Positions 7,748 to 11,365 of a stretch of 11,365 bases of DNA are shown in pieces. Under the pieces are notes generated by a model. The model was not told the DNA's origin. It saw only the letters and a program-made list of their open reading frames with translations, and did not search any database. A program made the translations under genes and the position numbers. The number at the start of each line of letters is the position of its first letter. Position 1 is the stretch's first letter. Source of the DNA: Candidatus Acetothermia bacterium (GTDB lineage: Bacteria; Bipolaricaulota; Bipolaricaulia; M55B111); NCBI GenBank assembly GCA_046543235.1, contig JBKGZT010000045.1:1-11365 (forward strand), in the 5' to 3' direction.

Positions 7748-8854
7748 ATGATTCAAATCGAGGACGGAGGTTCGAGTACTAGTGGAATTCCCATACTACA
7801 GCTCGGGATCGGTACCGTAGGACTTGAATTGGTGGATCTCGTCAGGAGTTTAAATTCACCTGGCGGCGAGGAATCCCGATATCGCTATACCGGGGTGGCC
7901 GACAGTTCCGGGCTTATCGGAGATCCGGACGGTCTTAGTGAGGATACGCTTGAAGAAATGGTCGAGTTGAAAAAAAGCGGGGAGAAGCTAGCCGACCTCG
8001 ACCGGAAGCCCCTGGAGGACCTGGATAGGATCGACTCGATTCTCGATACCCTGGACGGAGGTATCCTCGTCGACGTCACCGGAGCAGGAGGGATGGACGA
8101 TTGGTATCGGGCGGCTTTTCAAGAAGACTGGTCCGTCGTCGTGGCGAACAAGATTCCTCTGACGGAGATGGACCCGGATCGGTTCAACTGGTTCCGAAAC
8201 TCCGGGTTAAAATACGAGGCGACTGTTGGAGCCGGATTGCCGGTAATATCCACGCTGAATGCTCTACTGAGAAGCGGGGATCGTGTCCGGGAGATCAGCG
8301 CCATATTGAGTGGGTCTCTGAGCTACGTGCTCTCCCGGCTGGAAGAAGGCCAGAGGCTGGACCAGGCCGTAATTGAGGCGAAGGAGAAAGGTTTTACGGA
8401 GCCCAATCCGGTAGATGACCTTGTCGGTAAGGATGTTCATCGTAAGGCTTTGATCCTGAACCGAACGATCGGTGGCGACCTATCCCTGGAGAACGTCGAG
8501 GTCGAGCCTCTGGTCGATCTCGAGGATAGGTACTTCCGAAAAGAAGAGCTAGAGAGCAGGTTGCAGGACTTCAACGAGGAGTTCGATTCGAAGCTGGAAT
8601 CTGCCCGGGAAGGCGGTAGGCGACTGAGATACGTAGCCCGGGTGAGTAAGAGTTCTGCATCCGTCGGACTTGAAGAGGTCGATGAGTCTTCTCCTCTGGC
8701 TAGAGGGCCTGGAACGGCAAACGTGATTGATATAAGGAGCAGGAACTACGAAGATCCCTCTTTGGTTATACAGGGGCCGGGGGCTGGGCCGAAGGTAACA
8801 GCCGGTGGAGTGTTTTCCGAAATAGACCTGGTGGCCGGAAGCCTACGGCGTTAA
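7748..8854 (+). CDS. hom: Homoserine dehydrogenase, stand-alone, ThrA/MetL-domain-like, no ACT domain
   Basis: GIGTVG Rossmann motif plus VVANK, YEATVGAGLP, ILSGSLSY, GFTEPNPVDDLVGKDVHRKALIL and GPGAGPKVTA. Separated from the upstream stop by 1 nt. Confidence 0.94.
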   Translation: MIQIEDGGSSTSGIPILQLGIGTVGLELVDLVRSLNSPGGEESRYRYTGVADSSGLIGDPDGLSEDTLEEMVELKKSGEKLADLDRKPLEDLDRIDSILDTLDGGILVDVTGAGGMDDWYRAAFQEDWSVVVANKIPLTEMDPDRFNWFRNSGLKYEATVGAGLPVISTLNALLRSGDRVREISAILSGSLSYVLSRLEEGQRLDQAVIEAKEKGFTEPNPVDDLVGKDVHRKALILNRTIGGDLSLENVEVEPLVDLEDRYFRKEELESRLQDFNEEFDSKLESAREGGRRLRYVARVSKSSASVGLEEVDESSPLARGPGTANVIDIRSRNYEDPSLVIQGPGAGPKVTAGGVFSEIDLVAGSLRR

Positions 8855-9062
8855 ATTACGTGTTTTTTTGATTCAGGACTTTTGTCCTTAGGTATCATGT
8901 TCTAACGGAGTAACTGACTGATAGTCTTCGGCGATAGACGGGGTCAGTCTGACCGAGCCTCTTGAGAGTAACTTAGAGGGAACCGAGCCCGAGTTCATCA
9001 GCCGTTTATAGGATTCAAGGTCCATGCGTGGTTTTTTGAAGTTGATTTACGGAGGAGATAGT

Positions 9063-10073
9063 ATGTCGGACTACTGTGTCGGAATTATTGGAGCACTTGG
9101 TGCCGTTGGAGAACAGATGAGAGAGATACTGGCCGAATCGGATCTCGATATCGACCGGGTAAAAATGTTCGAAAGGCCGGATCTGGAAGGAGAAACCGCG
9201 GAGTTTGACGGAGAGAAAATACCGTGTCAGAAAGCAACACCCGAGGAGCTGGCCGACTGCGACGTCGCTACGATGTCGGCAGGATCGGCCGCTTCCGAAA
9301 AGATAGCACCGATGGCCGCAGATGCCGGCTGTGTGGTAGTGGACAATTCAAACCAGTGGCGGATGGACCCGGACGTGCCGCTAGTCGTCCCGGAGGTCAA
9401 CCCGGAAGACCTCGACTGGCACGAGGGAATAGTGGCGAATCCAAACTGCTCCACGATCCAGATGGTCGTCGCTCTCGCGCCGCTGCACGAAGAGTACGGG
9501 ATCGAGCGAGTGGTGGTATCCACCTACCAGGCCGTTTCCGGATCTGGTGTTGACGCGATAGAGGAGCTGAAACGCCAGACCGAAAGCATAGTGAAGGGTG
9601 AAGAGGCCGAAAACGAGGTTTATCCCCATCAGATTGCCTTCAACGCTCTCCCGCATATCGACGTATTTCAGGATAACGGATATACGAAAGAGGAAATGAA
9701 GATGGTAAACGAGACTGAAAAGATAATGGACGAGTCGATTTCCGTCAGCCCGACTGCGGTTCGTCTGCCGATATACCGATCACACGCTGAATCCGTGAAC
9801 GTCCAGACCGAGAAACCGATCGAACCGGACGAAGCAAGGGAGTTGTTGCGGGACCAGGCCTCGGTCGTCCTCCAGGATCAGCCCGCGGAAAACCACTACC
9901 CGCTTCCGATTGAAGCCGAAGGAGAAGACGACGTATACGTGGGGAGAATTAGGAAGGATCCGACAGTCGAAAACGGACTAAACTTCTGGATCGTCTCCGA
10001 CAATCTGAGGAAAGGGGCTGCCCTGAACACCGTACAGATTGCTGAAACTATGGCTGAGAGGGGACTTATATAA
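9063..10073 (+). CDS. asd: Aspartate-semialdehyde dehydrogenase, about 336 aa
   Basis: Motifs GALGAVG, VVDNSNQWRMDPDVPLVVPEVN, ANPNCST (catalytic Cys), STYQAVSGSG, SHAESV and DNLRKGAALN. Start moved to ATG 9063 after RBS GGAGGA. Confidence 0.97.
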   Translation: MSDYCVGIIGALGAVGEQMREILAESDLDIDRVKMFERPDLEGETAEFDGEKIPCQKATPEELADCDVATMSAGSAASEKIAPMAADAGCVVVDNSNQWRMDPDVPLVVPEVNPEDLDWHEGIVANPNCSTIQMVVALAPLHEEYGIERVVVSTYQAVSGSGVDAIEELKRQTESIVKGEEAENEVYPHQIAFNALPHIDVFQDNGYTKEEMKMVNETEKIMDESISVSPTAVRLPIYRSHAESVNVQTEKPIEPDEARELLRDQASVVLQDQPAENHYPLPIEAEGEDDVYVGRIRKDPTVENGLNFWIVSDNLRKGAALNTVQIAETMAERGLI

Positions 10074-10101
10074 TTGTCGTGTATGAAGGGAGGTGTTGAT
10101 T

Positions 10102-11238
10102 GTGTCCAAAGTAGTGAAGAAATTTGGGGGTACATCTCTGAAGAACGAGGCGAGGATAAACCTGGCTGCCAAGGAAGTGGTTCGGAGTCTGGAAGACGGC
10201 GACGAGGTTATCGTGGTGGTCTCCGCTATGGGTTCCGAGGGGGATCCTTACGCTACGAATACCTTGATCGAACTTCTCGAAGATGTATCACCCGAGATAG
10301 ATTCCCGGAAGAAGGATTTGATGATGTCCTGCGGGGAAACGATATCGGCCTCCCTGTTTTCCCACTACCTGGATAGCGAGGGCTATACAGCTATTCCGAT
10401 GACGGGCCACAAGGCAGGAATTTTCACTAACGATAACTTTGGTGACGCCGACATCATCGACATCGATCCGGTGAGGATAAACCACCACACCTCCCAGGGC
10501 AAACCGGTGGTTCTGGCCGGCTTTCAGGGTAGAACCGTAAAAGGAGAGGTTACCACCCTCGGACGCGGAGGGAGCGATACGACCGCCCTGGCAGTTGGGA
10601 ACAGGCTTGATGCGGATTACGTCGAACTATTTACGGACGTGCCGGGGGTTGCAACAGCCGATCCGGGGATTATTGAGGGGCCGGAGTACTTCTCCAGCCT
10701 GACGAGGAATTCCCTCGCGAGGTTAGCTGAAAACGGTTCCGAAGTCGTCCATCCCCAGGCCCTTGAGGAGGCACGGAGGTCGAAAATTCCGGTAATGGTC
10801 AAGTGCGCCTGGGACGAAAAAAACGCGACGTTGGTCGGTGGCAAGCCGGCGAAAGAAACGCGTCCCGTCGGTATTGCTTCCAAGGATAGCTTTACCATGT
10901 TCAAAGGTAAAAGCAGGGAGGTTAACAGGGACAGTAGATTAAGGCGGCAGGCGCGGGAACTGGTTCACCTCGAGAGGGGAAATAGCCTTGCTCTCGTGCC
11001 GAGAGAAGACGAATCTCCCAGCAGCAACGGGTACGAAAGAAGAGAAGACGTTTCGCTAGTGACTGTTGTCGCCACGGGCGGGGTCTCCCCGGCCGACGTA
11101 CGGGGAAGGATTATCGATTCGGTGGGGGAAGGGTATATCGAACGTAACTTCACGGAGTATGGATTGCGTTTCCTGGTGGATGAAGAGGAGAAAGGGGAGC
11201 TCATCAGGAGGGTTTACGGTGCCTTTTACCGGAAATAG
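10102..11238 (+). CDS. dapG: Aspartate kinase, DapG/aspartokinase I-like, with divergent C-terminal region
   Basis: Motifs KFGGTS, VVVSAMG...DPYATNTL, DLMMSCGE, AGFQG, TTLGRGGSDTTA and TDVPGVATADP. GTG start at 10102 after RBS GGAGGTG (10089-10095). The kinase call is secure; the dapG subtype is less so. Confidence 0.9.
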   Translation: MSKVVKKFGGTSLKNEARINLAAKEVVRSLEDGDEVIVVVSAMGSEGDPYATNTLIELLEDVSPEIDSRKKDLMMSCGETISASLFSHYLDSEGYTAIPMTGHKAGIFTNDNFGDADIIDIDPVRINHHTSQGKPVVLAGFQGRTVKGEVTTLGRGGSDTTALAVGNRLDADYVELFTDVPGVATADPGIIEGPEYFSSLTRNSLARLAENGSEVVHPQALEEARRSKIPVMVKCAWDEKNATLVGGKPAKETRPVGIASKDSFTMFKGKSREVNRDSRLRRQARELVHLERGNSLALVPREDESPSSNGYERREDVSLVTVVATGGVSPADVRGRIIDSVGEGYIERNFTEYGLRFLVDEEEKGELIRRVYGAFYRK

Positions 11239-11351
11239 CTGAAAACTCTTGGACAACCCTGACCCCGAATGAGCTGGCCGTCCCGGTTGTTGACAGAATT
11301 AATTAGGGAAAGAATTGAGCGGTTATTTCCTGAGCGAGGAGCTTACGGAGG

Positions 11352-11365
11352 GATAGTGTAGAAAT
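11352..11365 (+). mobile_element. Start of a second IS256-type terminal inverted repeat, truncated by the window edge
   Basis: GATAGTGTAGAAAT is the exact reverse complement of 42-55. Confidence 0.6.

Noticed and set aside
8970-8990. T-box-like AACTTAGAGGGAACCG or SAM-I-like GAGGGA..GCCC
   Set aside because: Lacks the UGGN needed to pair with the tRNA end and lacks a T-box stem I. The SAM-I AUC and GCAACC elements are absent.
172-11256. Long overlapping alternative-frame ORFs (172-828, 1677-2645, 5858-6646 and others)
   Set aside because: They are shadows of well-supported genes with no recognisable motifs, as expected from codon bias.

Overview
Bacterial segment with strongly acidic proteins, suggesting a halophile. 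It carries metK on the - strand, divergent from a non-pyrrolysine MttB-family (MtgB-like) quaternary-amine methyltransferase and a BCCT transporter. After a terminator come a 215-bp element with 24-bp terminal inverted repeats, an unannotated 47-aa Ser/Thr-rich leader ORF, and an aspartate-to-threonine cluster: thrC, an ApgM-like gene in place of thrB, homoserine dehydrogenase, asd and a DapG-like aspartate kinase. Both window ends run into the same IS256-type terminal repeat in inverted orientation. The most unusual signals are non-coding or tiny: the leader peptide, the MITE-like element, two structured 5' leaders and the flanking IS ends. All assignments come from reading motifs by eye; no searches or folding programs were run.
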